From: a virus
Reading direction: 5' to 3' (one strand)
IMG/VR virus record: IMGVR_UViG_3300037297_000178
Coordinates: 1-64,000 of that record
DNA: 64,000 bases
Shown: piece by piece, positions 51,906-60,976 of the stretch
How the letters are laid out: every line of letters begins with the position of its first letter
How positions within the stretch are numbered: the first letter of the stretch is position 1
Position numbers and translations under genes: made by a program
Notes under the pieces: model-generated
Databases searched by the model: none
What the model was told of the DNA's origin: nothing
What the model saw: only the letters and a program-made list of their open reading frames with translations

Positions 51906-54461
51906 TTACAGCCGCGTGAACATGTCCCCGCCCGCTTTGAGGTCTTCCGGGTAAACCCACACGATACAGCCCGGCGTCAACTGTCCGTATTCGTGGCGGG
52001 TCGCGCGTCCGACAACCCGCCTCATGGCCGTTCCGGGTACTGTAAATCTACACCTGATTTTGCCCGGTTCGTGGTCTGCAACGAGGGAGGCGACGTGTTT
52101 GTCGCGCGTCTTACTTGATGTTGCTATCTTCCGTCTCGTGCCCGACAACATGTTGTATATCATCAGCGGTTCCGGTATTCGCCGGAACCTATGGTCAGCC
52201 TTTGCAAGGCGTATGTACAGGTCGTAGTCCTCGAGCGTTTCCTGATTTTTGAAGCCCCCAACCCCCTCAAACCACAGGCGTGGAAGCCAAGTCGAAATGA
52301 GACACCACGTGTACGCAACCTTACCCTCACGCGGTTGCTGAATAGCACGCTCGTGGTCGTAGTCGGGCAGGGGGGTTTCTACGTACCCCCTTTGTAGCCT
52401 CTTCTCGTACCTGTGAAGGCGCGGTTTGGCGACTGCGTTCGGGTCGGGAAGGTGACAGTACGCGAGATAGTCGGTATACACGATGTGACCGTATTCGTTC
52501 CACGTCGTGAGCATCTTCGACAAACAGTGTGGGAGGAGTTCGTCGTCGGCGTCGAGGAAAACGAGAAAATCGGCGTCTGTCTTCGACGCACCGAGGTTTC
52601 GCGCGTTCCCAGGCCCATGCCCGCCGCCCATCAGGAAACGAGCATACGGGAAGCTCCGTTCGACACGTTTCATTTCGTTTGTCTTAGCGTCCGTGTCCCA
52701 AACGACAATCGCATCCCATTCACGGAATGTCTGTCGCTCGAGGGAGTCGAGCGCTGCACCGGCGTAGGCGACGTGGTGCGGACCGACGGGTATCACGGCT
52801 GATACAACCGGCGCGTCGTACTGATATACCCTGTGTGACATTCGCCCATCGAGAGGAGTCGCGTAAGACGGGAATGGGTGAAGGCCGTCCTTCACCCAGG
52901 GGTAGTCGCGCCAGTTCCGTTCTTTGTACCCCTTCGCCCCACTCACAAGGCCCGTCCCGAGGGAGTATTTGAAGAGCGGTTTCGGCGTCACCTTCTTAGC
53001 CGCCCATCCGTGAGCACCGCACAAGAGCCAGAAGTTCCCGTCCTCCGAACCTGCCCCTTCCATCGCATAGCGTCGCCTGTATCCGCCCACACGGCGGAAC
53101 ATTTCGGTTCTAAGGAGCGAGCACGTCGGTACCTGGTTAAACCCCTTGACCTGACGGTCGAAGCTCCACTCAGCCGGGGGCCATGCCGCTTTTCGCGTTT
53201 TACCGTCAGGTAAAACGTCTGTCGTGCCCGTGAACGTGATTCCCAGGGTCGGGTCGGACTCCTGTGCGTCGACGCACATCCTGACGTGCTCAGGTTCAAT
53301 AGCGTCGTCTGCGTCAAGTGGTAACAGGTACTTCGTGTGAAGATTCCACATCCCCTCGTTTCGCGTGTCTGCTACGTTCCCGAACTCGACCCTCATGTAC
53401 TGTATGCGCGGGTCGGTACACATGAGGTCTTTCACCACCTCGTGCGTGTTGTCGGTTGACGAGTCGTCCATTATCAAGATGTCGGTTATCTGGTCGTATG
53501 TCTGAGCCTGGACCGACTTTACGACGCGTTCGAGCTTGTCAGCGTAGTTATGGCAGGGTATCACGACACCAACGGTCGGCGGTTCCTGTACGTAACGGAG
53601 CGCAAGGTCGTAAGCCTGCGCAACCTTTTCGGCGCTCGCTTCCCAGGTGAACGCCTTCACCGTCTCGCGTGCGTTTTCCGAAAACATCCGCCAGTGCTTC
53701 AGTATGTGGCGAAGGCCCCTCTCGAGGTCGTCGAGGTTCCCGGGTTCTGCGAGGTATCCGTTCACGTTGTGCTGTACGAAGTCGAGTATGCCTCCCTCTC
53801 GCCAGCCGAGAACCGCCTTCCCGCTCGCCAATGCCTCGAGAGTGCCTATGCCGCCCGTCTCCTTAGCCGTGCTAAGGTACACAGCCGAGTCGTAAATGTG
53901 CTGCTTCATCCGGCTGTGTGCCATTATTCCGATTACCGTCACGTTCGAAGGGCATATTTTCGGCTTAAGTGTAGTTAAGAACTTGACTTTCGGGAAGCGC
54001 TCTGCAAGCTCGCCTACAACATGAGGCGAGCACACGTCACCGGCGCGGTTCTTGTTCCACAACACAACCGCGCCGGGCTTCGGGTTGACGGGCCATTCGG
54101 CGTAGTCAATGCCGTGAGTTATAACGACAGGATTCAGGCGAAGCTCACGCCTGATGGTGTGAGCAACCCACTCAGACGGCGCAGTAACAACGCGGGCCGT
54201 CCGAAGCCCGCGTATAACGTTCATATTCGCCTTAAAATGCCATGCCGTGCTAGAATAGTCACCGGTCCAGTAAAGACCATGCCAGTGCGCTACATCCATC
54301 CCCTCGAGGTAGCCCGCATGTACAGCGAGTATGTCGTGCTTCTCGCCGCGCTTCACCAGTTCGACACCGAATTTCGGAAGATGCTTGTACCACGCTTCGG
54401 TACAGCGAGCTATACCGTGAATCTCGTCCCCCTTCGGGGACGGTAACATTAGAACTTTCAT
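51906..54461 (-). CDS. three-domain glycosyltransferase (GT4-like plus two GT2-like domains)
   Basis: STAKETGGIGTLEALASGKAV (GT1/4), VGVVIPCHNYADKL...ILIMDDSSTDNT (GT2), VSAVIPVGPHH ... FLDADDELL (GT2). Confidence 0.75.
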   Translation of the reverse strand: MKVLMLPSPKGDEIHGIARCTEAWYKHLPKFGVELVKRGEKHDILAVHAGYLEGMDVAHWHGLYWTGDYSSTAWHFKANMNVIRGLRTARVVTAPSEWVAHTIRRELRLNPVVITHGIDYAEWPVNPKPGAVVLWNKNRAGDVCSPHVVGELAERFPKVKFLTTLKPKICPSNVTVIGIMAHSRMKQHIYDSAVYLSTAKETGGIGTLEALASGKAVLGWREGGILDFVQHNVNGYLAEPGNLDDLERGLRHILKHWRMFSENARETVKAFTWEASAEKVAQAYDLALRYVQEPPTVGVVIPCHNYADKLERVVKSVQAQTYDQITDILIMDDSSTDNTHEVVKDLMCTDPRIQYMRVEFGNVADTRNEGMWNLHTKYLLPLDADDAIEPEHVRMCVDAQESDPTLGITFTGTTDVLPDGKTRKAAWPPAEWSFDRQVKGFNQVPTCSLLRTEMFRRVGGYRRRYAMEGAGSEDGNFWLLCGAHGWAAKKVTPKPLFKYSLGTGLVSGAKGYKERNWRDYPWVKDGLHPFPSYATPLDGRMSHRVYQYDAPVVSAVIPVGPHHVAYAGAALDSLERQTFREWDAIVVWDTDAKTNEMKRVERSFPYARFLMGGGHGPGNARNLGASKTDADFLVFLDADDELLPHCLSKMLTTWNEYGHIVYTDYLAYCHLPDPNAVAKPRLHRYEKRLQRGYVETPLPDYDHERAIQQPREGKVAYTWCLISTWLPRLWFEGVGGFKNQETLEDYDLYIRLAKADHRFRRIPEPLMIYNMLSGTRRKIATSSKTRDKHVASLVADHEPGKIRCRFTVPGTAMRRVVGRATRHEYGQLTPGCIVWVYPEDLKAGGDMFTRL

Positions 54462-55567
54462 TCCCTCAACAGTTTTTCGGCTTCTTGTATCCCTTCAACG
54501 TATGAAATTCTCTGCCTGTCCGGGTATAGAATCAGTATTTGTAGAGGAGTTCCGAGGGGGGACGGGTAGTTCCTGAATTGCCACCCGGTAGGGGCGTCCG
54601 TATTGTACGTGCCCGTCTGTATGAGCCATATCTCGCCTCCGAGCACACACGGGCTTCCCGCCGCCTCGAGCACCAGCCGAAGTTCCGGCAGGAACTCGAC
54701 CTTCGCGTGAGCAGGCTTGTGGGTGTGGGCCGTTATGATGACATGGGCCGGAATCTTCATACGCGCGATTTTCATCGTCGCGTTTAGCGGGTTAATCGCC
54801 GAGCTTCCCGACGCCTTGTGCTCGAAATAAAACACGTAAATTCGACCGTTAAGGTCAAGAAGAAGAACGCCCTTGTTGTCGAATACCGGGACGGCGTTTT
54901 CCTCGAGCGTCTCTAGTAAATGAGTAACAGCCTCTAGAAACGCAGAGTCGCCCGTCTTGCGCAACGGGCGAAGGTCATGCTCTTCGCTGAATGAAACAGC
55001 GAGCAGCTTGTCGTTGTCCATCAGTTCCTTGAGGACGCCCGCAGCGATGCGCCTCTGCTGCGGGCCGTGAAGCGTCTCCTCCCTGACGGTCGCCTCCATC
55101 GTCCTGTGGTTCGTGGCGTTGTTAATCATGTCACCGTTTACCATCAGGTAGACTTGAGGGTGTTTGAGAATCCACTCGATGTGCTCGAGCCACAGGTCAA
55201 CATTCATCCCGAGGTGGCCCAAGTGCCAGTCGCTTGACACGACGATAGCTATCGGCTTGTTTATGCCGATAGCCTTCTTGTGAATGAACGTGAACGGGTT
55301 GTCGTATAGCATAAGACCCTGTACCTGCTGACTGACGCGAACACGGTCGCGCCAGTTGAGGTCAGGTTTCGAGAAGTCGATGAACTCGACACCCTCGAAC
55401 GGTTCGTCTTCGAGGATGTCGTCAAGCTCGTGTCTAATCGCCTTCTTTCGACACGCGTCAGGTGAGCGGTCGGGGAAGTGCCCTGCTATTGACTCCCACT
55501 GATACCCATGCTGCTGCACGAGCCTGTGAAGGAGTGCCGTCTCATCATCTGTCCAGAACCTAGACAT
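54458..55567 (-). CDS. SANT/Myb-like domain fused to a calcineurin-like metallophosphoesterase
   Basis: ATG at 55567 after GGAGAGGAGG. WTDDETALLHRLVQQHGYQWESIAGHF; VVSSDWHLGH, VNGDMINN, ITAHTHKP. Confidence 0.65.
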   Translation of the reverse strand: MSRFWTDDETALLHRLVQQHGYQWESIAGHFPDRSPDACRKKAIRHELDDILEDEPFEGVEFIDFSKPDLNWRDRVRVSQQVQGLMLYDNPFTFIHKKAIGINKPIAIVVSSDWHLGHLGMNVDLWLEHIEWILKHPQVYLMVNGDMINNATNHRTMEATVREETLHGPQQRRIAAGVLKELMDNDKLLAVSFSEEHDLRPLRKTGDSAFLEAVTHLLETLEENAVPVFDNKGVLLLDLNGRIYVFYFEHKASGSSAINPLNATMKIARMKIPAHVIITAHTHKPAHAKVEFLPELRLVLEAAGSPCVLGGEIWLIQTGTYNTDAPTGWQFRNYPSPLGTPLQILILYPDRQRISYVEGIQEAEKLLRE

Positions 55568-55589
55568 AGGTACGCTTACCTCCTCTCCG

Positions 55590-56264
55590 TCATATAGGGT
55601 AGTCGCTCGTGGGGTCCCACTCGCACGCCTCTTGTTTCGTTTTCGGGTCCCACGCCCCCTTGAACATCCGCCGTGTACCGGCTTTCCAGTGTGTCGCGTA
55701 GTCCCAAACGCGAACACCGCCCACTTTGTACCCCTTCGCATGAGCATCCTTCATGTTATCTATAATCGGAGCGCCGGTGTCGTTGAACGGCGCAAGAAGT
55801 TTGTACACCCTCATGTCGTACACGGCGAGTGACGGGTGAACGTAACGGTAAAGCGCAGCGAGGCCCACTCGCTGCGCCTCCTCCCTCGACGGTGCGACAC
55901 CTACGTCGTTCACGAAACGGAGCCAACCAACGGCATAAAGGCCGTTAGCCTTTATCTGACTGAGCATAAGCTCGACCACGCCCGGACTGTTAAGCTCAAC
56001 GTCGGAGTCCATCGTAAGTAAATACGGCGTCTTGCACATCCCCGCCGCCTGATGTAGCGCCGGACCGTGCCTGATGTTCTCTTTGTTGAATACCTTCTCG
56101 ACGTTGTCGTATGGTATCGCTTTTATGAACTCTGTGCTCGCGTCGTCCGAGCCGTTGTCAATCATTATAACGGGTAGTTTCGGGTAAAAGAAGCGAAGCG
56201 AGTGGTACGCAGCAGAGGTGAGGTACAGGGTCCGAAAATTCACGATTACAGCCGTTACGTTCAC
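55590..56264 (-). CDS. family 2 glycosyltransferase
   Basis: VTAVIVNFRT ... VIMIDNGSDD; GTGA overlap start. Confidence 0.7.
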   Translation of the reverse strand: MNVTAVIVNFRTLYLTSAAYHSLRFFYPKLPVIMIDNGSDDASTEFIKAIPYDNVEKVFNKENIRHGPALHQAAGMCKTPYLLTMDSDVELNSPGVVELMLSQIKANGLYAVGWLRFVNDVGVAPSREEAQRVGLAALYRYVHPSLAVYDMRVYKLLAPFNDTGAPIIDNMKDAHAKGYKVGGVRVWDYATHWKAGTRRMFKGAWDPKTKQEACEWDPTSDYPI

Positions 56265-56593
56265 TTGACGCCCCTCATTCGCTCAAAAAGGAACGGTAAC
56301 GGCCTGTTGAGGCTGACCTTCTCGCACAGCCAATACAGGAACGGCCACACGAGCGACGCGCTCACTTCTGGTATGGGGTAGTTGACGGTCACGATATGGT
56401 CGGAGTGGCAGTTCTCGCAGTGAACGATGAATTTACTGCCGACGCGAGAAGCGCTCGTGAGTATGCCCGTCCCCTTTGTCTCGTAGCTCGCATAAACCTC
56501 ACGAGCGTGAAACAGCCGTCCGATGAAGTCGATTCGAATACCGAACGTGTACTGTATCACCGCCCCGCACGGGCACTCAAGCTCTTGCTCCAT
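56261..56593 (-). CDS. hypothetical protein
   Basis: Start at the internal Met (MEQELECPCG) abutting the stop of the upstream gene; 110 aa. Confidence 0.4.
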   Translation of the reverse strand: MEQELECPCGAVIQYTFGIRIDFIGRLFHAREVYASYETKGTGILTSASRVGSKFIVHCENCHSDHIVTVNYPIPEVSASLVWPFLYWLCEKVSLNRPLPFLFERMRGVK

Positions 56594-57126
56594 TATTTCA
56601 CCCTCCGATAAGCACGCATGGACATTTCGTCCCCTACGCGTTCCCAACCGCTCGCGTCCGCAGCCCATTTGTCCACAGCAGGCCCCACGTCCTTGATGTT
56701 GTGCTTGAGGATATGACACTCGTGGTAGTTGTTCACGTCGTGGAAGGCGAGCACACCCCCGACCGGTACACGCGAAGACCAGATTCGCGCGTCGGCAAGT
56801 ACGTCGTCGAACTTGTGTGAACCGTCAACGAATACGAGGTGAACGGGCGCTTCAACCTTGACCTCTTTACTGTCTCCGACGATTATTTCGCAGTCGGAGA
56901 GCACGTGCCTCGTCTCCTCACCTGGGTCTTTGATGTCTATGCCGATGATTCGAGCCTTTTCAGAACCGGACCGAAGACACAACATAGTAGCGCCCATAAA
57001 CACGCCGATGTTCACAAAAATGGGGTCGTCAAACGCTGCGTCGACCCCTTCAGCGAGCGCCTTGAGGAACTCGCGCTCGCTTTCGGGCAGGGCTGCCCCG
57101 GGTCGCTTTAGATAATCGTTTGTCAT
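56593..57126 (-). CDS. class I SAM-dependent methyltransferase (Methyltransf_24-like)
   Basis: FVNIGVFMGATMLCL ... IIGIDI ... HLVFVDGSH. Confidence 0.6.
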   Translation of the reverse strand: MTNDYLKRPGAALPESEREFLKALAEGVDAAFDDPIFVNIGVFMGATMLCLRSGSEKARIIGIDIKDPGEETRHVLSDCEIIVGDSKEVKVEAPVHLVFVDGSHKFDDVLADARIWSSRVPVGGVLAFHDVNNYHECHILKHNIKDVGPAVDKWAADASGWERVGDEMSMRAYRRVK

Positions 57127-57132
57127 AACGCT

Positions 57133-57161
57133 ATTATATCACACATTACTATTCTGTGCAA
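57133..57161 (-). promoter_or_regulatory. promoter TTGCAC-17-TATAAT, -10 box 6 nt from the ATG (leaderless layout)
   Basis: Reverse complement reads TTGCAC agaatagtaatgtgtga TATAAT AGCGTT ATG (57126). Confidence 0.55.
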
Positions 57162-57163
57162 GT

Positions 57164-58120
57164 TCAGTATTTGTCGACAAACCATTCGAAGGTCGACTTC
57201 AGACCTTCGAGAAAGTCGACATGGAACGTGTATCCGGCGTCCTGTAGCTTCTCGTTTGACACGTGGAAGTATTCGGGGTCTTCCGGGTTCCTGGGCGCGT
57301 GATAGAAACCGTCTATCGGGCGGTCTGCAAGCTCGAGAATCCTTAGCGCTAATTCAAGCACGCTCACCTGTATCCCCGACACGACGTTGTACACCTCACC
57401 TATGGTGTTATCGTTATTCGAGCAGAAGATGTTCGCGCCCACGACGTCGTCGACGTGCGTGAACGAGCGAATCTGATTCCCGTCTCCGTGAACCTCGAGG
57501 TCAAGCCCCTGTATGGCCCTCCGGCAGAAGATACCACAAACCATGCCGTATTTGTCAACGGCGTTCTGATACGGACCGAAAACGTGGAAGTAGCGAAGAA
57601 TTGTCGGCTTTATGTCGTGCTCGCGGGCGTACATCGCCACGTATCTCTCGCCTGCGAGTTTCCCGACGCCGTAGTGTGATATGGGGTTGAGGGGGTGTTC
57701 CTCTGTTGTCGGGTGTTCGACGGTGCGGCCATAAACCGACCCTGTCGAGGCATGTATGATACGCTTTGTGTTGAACTTCTTCATTACCTGAAGAAGGTGA
57801 AGCGTGCCCCACGCGTTCACCTCGAGGTCACGGCGCGGGTCGAGAAGCGAGACGGTCTTTTTCGAGGCTGCGTTGTGGAAAACGCAGTCGAAACCGCCAG
57901 CCTCGACGAACACGCTTTCAAGGTCGGGTGTCGTTACGTCACAGCATACCTCGTGGAATCTGTGGTTACGGCGTGCCCCGTCGAGGTTGTCGTAGTCGCC
58001 TGTCGTGTAGTCGTCTACCCCCCACACCTCGCAGTTCCCCTGCCCTAAAAGCTGATTGACAAGGTTTGTCCCTATAAACCCGGCTGAGCCGGTCACTAAA
58101 ATCTTGTACATATCTTTCAC
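57164..58120 (-). CDS. NAD-dependent sugar-nucleotide epimerase/dehydratase (SDR family)
   Basis: ILVTGSAGFIGTNLV (GxxGxxG), YGVGKLAGE (YxxxK). Confidence 0.8.
   Translation of the reverse strand: MKDMYKILVTGSAGFIGTNLVNQLLGQGNCEVWGVDDYTTGDYDNLDGARRNHRFHEVCCDVTTPDLESVFVEAGGFDCVFHNAASKKTVSLLDPRRDLEVNAWGTLHLLQVMKKFNTKRIIHASTGSVYGRTVEHPTTEEHPLNPISHYGVGKLAGERYVAMYAREHDIKPTILRYFHVFGPYQNAVDKYGMVCGIFCRRAIQGLDLEVHGDGNQIRSFTHVDDVVGANIFCSNNDNTIGEVYNVVSGIQVSVLELALRILELADRPIDGFYHAPRNPEDPEYFHVSNEKLQDAGYTFHVDFLEGLKSTFEWFVDKY
57343..57352. repeat. TTAGCGCTAA palindrome, copy 9 of 10
   Basis: Inside the epimerase CDS (-), read TTA GCG CTA AGG (LALR). Confidence 0.95.
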
Positions 58121-58758
58121 CTTCTATGCCCTGTTAAGCTGATTAACGGGCTGTCGAACGGGTCGCCAGGGATGACTCCCCACTGATAGCCGGTTTTCCA
58201 TCGACAATAATCGAGAGCGAGCTGGTCGCGGTGCGAGCCACGCTGTACCTCGTACCACCACCTTCGCTCGAACTTCCGAAGCGCCTCCGAATGGTGTTTG
58301 ACTGCGAGCGTGTTCGCAGACAGGCCGAACTTTTTCGGAAGCCCCTCTTGATAGTAGCGCCTCATTTGTGCTATCACGGCGTCGTTTGGCGCTTTTTTTA
58401 GTTTCATAACGGCTTTCGCCTCCTCGTACACGCAGTCACGGTGCGGGTGTTTGAACAACGCCATGTCGTGCTCGAGGATGTAACGCAAGAGATAGTCGGG
58501 GTCGAGGAGTAGCACAGCGTTCCCCCCATGCATGATTGAATACTCATAAGACGGGAACTTGTCACAGGCCGTTATGAACCATTCCCGCGACTCGTATAAG
58601 GGGTCGCTTACCTGAATTATCCAGTCCTGCCACCCGTCGACGTTGCGCGGACGGTCTGTCACACATATGAAGTCCCAGGTCGGGTTTGGCACACGAACAG
58701 ACCTGAGTACATCATATTCGCCGAATAGAATTGAGAAGACTACCTTCTTGTTATGCAC
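58117..58758 (-). CDS. DUF616/TOD1-like putative glycosyltransferase
   Basis: SILFGEYDVL ... WDFICVTDRP ... pattern; GTG start. Confidence 0.4.
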   Translation of the reverse strand: MHNKKVVFSILFGEYDVLRSVRVPNPTWDFICVTDRPRNVDGWQDWIIQVSDPLYESREWFITACDKFPSYEYSIMHGGNAVLLLDPDYLLRYILEHDMALFKHPHRDCVYEEAKAVMKLKKAPNDAVIAQMRRYYQEGLPKKFGLSANTLAVKHHSEALRKFERRWWYEVQRGSHRDQLALDYCRWKTGYQWGVIPGDPFDSPLISLTGHRR

Positions 58759-60296
58759 TTCGCAGTCTCCATGAGTGTCTCAACGTCGTTCGTCCCGGCC
58801 TCGTTGAGCACGTTGCGCCAGAACGCCCACCTCCGTTTCCCGACGCTGATGTAGTCGGCCTCAAGCTCGCATACCGTGATGTGATGGAAGCCTGCAAGCA
58901 TTAGCGCGATAGCCTCCGTGAACACGCCCCCAAATGGCACAATGGCCCGAAGGGGGGCGTAGGCATCGGGCGGTTTCAACAGCGACGCACACCATAGCGC
59001 GAGTCGTAACGGCTTAATCGTCGGGTGCTTGTTTCGCCCACAGCCTGCGTCTCGTTCCCAACGCGGGGCCTTCGGCGTATAGTATACAGGGTCAGGGAAC
59101 ACGTCGAGAAAAAACCTGAGGGCCGAACCGGTGTCCTTCAGGCCCCCGGCATTGTGACTGAGTTCTGTCCCGAACGAGTACACGCGCCCGTCCCCTGACC
59201 CTACCCCGACCGTCAGGCCCCCACTGCTCGTCGTTATGCCCGACATTTCGGCAAGTGCCCGACCGGGGCAGTCAGGGTGACACGCCTCCTCTGTACACGC
59301 CGGATGGTGAAGCACCATGAGGTTCGCGGGCCAGCGACTACGCCCGCGCCTGTTTCGTATCCGACACCCCTCAATGTTCACCGTCCCTGCCCCCGTCGTC
59401 AGGATGTTTGCGAGCGGGCGCTCCGTTGTCCACTCTTTGAAGTCCGACTCGTCAACCGTCGCTATGAGCCTGGGCGCGTCGGTGTTTGTCGGGTCGACAA
59501 GTAGTACGAGCGTGTCGTTCTTGAGGCCCTTCCGAAGGGCCTGCCTCTTCACCGTCACCACGTTGTACTCGACATAGGCGGGCGGAATTGTTACTCCCTT
59601 CTGTTTCATTTTCAGGCGGAAGGCGGGCGTGTTCCTTACCTGACGGGGGGTGTGCCAGTGGTCCCACCCCGTCACCTCGTGTATCGTCTTACTCGATACC
59701 TTCCCGTATGGTCTTTGAGCGAATATCATAGGCTCGAGGGAGGGCTTTAACGCCTGAAGCCCATAGCGATGACCGGTCCAGGTTACACCCAACTGACCCT
59801 CTGGTACAGGCTCTTTGTATTCGCCCTTCCCCGCCCAGGCATGGTATCCCTGTTTCCCGCCTGCGTGATATTGTACATGCCCGTCTGCGTAAACTTTCGT
59901 GCGCTTCTTGTGCTGTATCACACCCCCCGCTTTCTCAGCAGGTATGCCGACCCTTGTCGCCTTCGGAAGGCCCGTCCCGTAGGCCCAACCGAACAGGAAC
60001 GGGTGAATCATAAAGCCTGCGTCCTCAATCGCTTTCGCCTGAAGGTGAAGGCCACGAGGCGACGCGAACGTCAAGAGGAACCCGCCAGGGAGGAGAGCAT
60101 CGTACATCGCTGCCCACGCCTTAGCGCTAAAGGCGACACCGCTCGCGTCCCAGGCGTGCCCCATAAACTTCATTTCATAGGGCGCGTCGCAGAACACAAC
60201 GTGAGCCTGTTCGCCCTCATGCTCGTACTCGTGTATATCACAGTGGTGAATTTCGAGGACCGTGTCGGGGGGCGTAACAAGAGGGAGTTGTCTCAT
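58740..60296 (-). CDS. DNA methyltransferase (beta-class, N6A/N4C type) with large insertion
   Basis: VVFCDAPY (DPPY-like motif IV) near the N-terminus; KHPTIKP near the C-terminus. Confidence 0.65.
   Translation of the reverse strand: MRQLPLVTPPDTVLEIHHCDIHEYEHEGEQAHVVFCDAPYEMKFMGHAWDASGVAFSAKAWAAMYDALLPGGFLLTFASPRGLHLQAKAIEDAGFMIHPFLFGWAYGTGLPKATRVGIPAEKAGGVIQHKKRTKVYADGHVQYHAGGKQGYHAWAGKGEYKEPVPEGQLGVTWTGHRYGLQALKPSLEPMIFAQRPYGKVSSKTIHEVTGWDHWHTPRQVRNTPAFRLKMKQKGVTIPPAYVEYNVVTVKRQALRKGLKNDTLVLLVDPTNTDAPRLIATVDESDFKEWTTERPLANILTTGAGTVNIEGCRIRNRRGRSRWPANLMVLHHPACTEEACHPDCPGRALAEMSGITTSSGGLTVGVGSGDGRVYSFGTELSHNAGGLKDTGSALRFFLDVFPDPVYYTPKAPRWERDAGCGRNKHPTIKPLRLALWCASLLKPPDAYAPLRAIVPFGGVFTEAIALMLAGFHHITVCELEADYISVGKRRWAFWRNVLNEAGTNDVETLMETAKCITRR
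60121..60130. repeat. TTAGCGCTAA palindrome, copy 10 of 10
   Basis: Inside the second DNA methyltransferase CDS (-), read TTT AGC GCT AAG (FSAK). Confidence 0.95.
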
Positions 60297-60541
60297 AGGG
60301 CGCGAAATTCGTCCTCGAGCACCGTCACGACGATTTGTTGAGTACGAAGGTTTCTGTTTTCGACGCTCGTTATTGTGTAAGGGATTTTCCCGTCTTCAAG
60401 GACTTCTTTCGAGATTATACCGTCCTTCGACACAGTCACCTCAAGCGTGACCACGTGACCGGGCGGTGTGTATTCTTTTGTCAGCAAGACTATCCCGACG
60501 CCTGCTGCAAAACCGAAAATTAAACCTATAAAAAACCACAT
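60293..60541 (-). CDS. small N-terminally anchored membrane protein
   Basis: 82 aa; MWFFIGLIFGFAAGVGIVLL. Confidence 0.5.
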   Translation of the reverse strand: MWFFIGLIFGFAAGVGIVLLTKEYTPPGHVVTLEVTVSKDGIISKEVLEDGKIPYTITSVENRNLRTQQIVVTVLEDEFRAL

Positions 60542-60547
60542 ATTACC

Positions 60548-60976
60548 TCAACATTCGCTAAAACCACACGTGTGACATTTCATGCAACCCTCTTCCCGTA
60601 TGAGGGTTGCCTGCCCACATTCGGGGCACAAGTCACCGACCAGTCGGTTCGCCTCAGCGCGTTCTTCCGGCTGCTCACCTGTGAGGTGGTCGGTTAAAAC
60701 TTCAGCAACGGCCTGGGGAAGGGTAGGTACTGCACCTGAGCGACTCGAGCCGAGGTCTTTGAGCTTCTCAATGAGCCTGTCAGGACCCTCGTGCTCGAGC
60801 GCAATGGACGCGAGCATACCGATAGTTTCAGACAGACAGTACGTCTCGTCACCCGCCTTCCCTACGTTCACTATAACTCGCGCTATTATCCCATCCGACA
60901 TACACACCGTTATGTATGCCGTTCCGAGGGTTGTTTGCTTCCGAACAGTTTTCGAGGGCATTTTCAAAGTCATCAT
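60548..60976 (-). CDS. stand-alone TSCPD-domain protein with C-terminal zinc ribbon
   Basis: TLGTAYITVCMSDG..VIVNVGKAGDE ... ASIALEHEGP ... CPECGQATLIREEGCMKCHTCGFSEC resembles the C-terminal region of class II RNR. Confidence 0.55.
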   Translation of the reverse strand: MMTLKMPSKTVRKQTTLGTAYITVCMSDGIIARVIVNVGKAGDETYCLSETIGMLASIALEHEGPDRLIEKLKDLGSSRSGAVPTLPQAVAEVLTDHLTGEQPEERAEANRLVGDLCPECGQATLIREEGCMKCHTCGFSEC

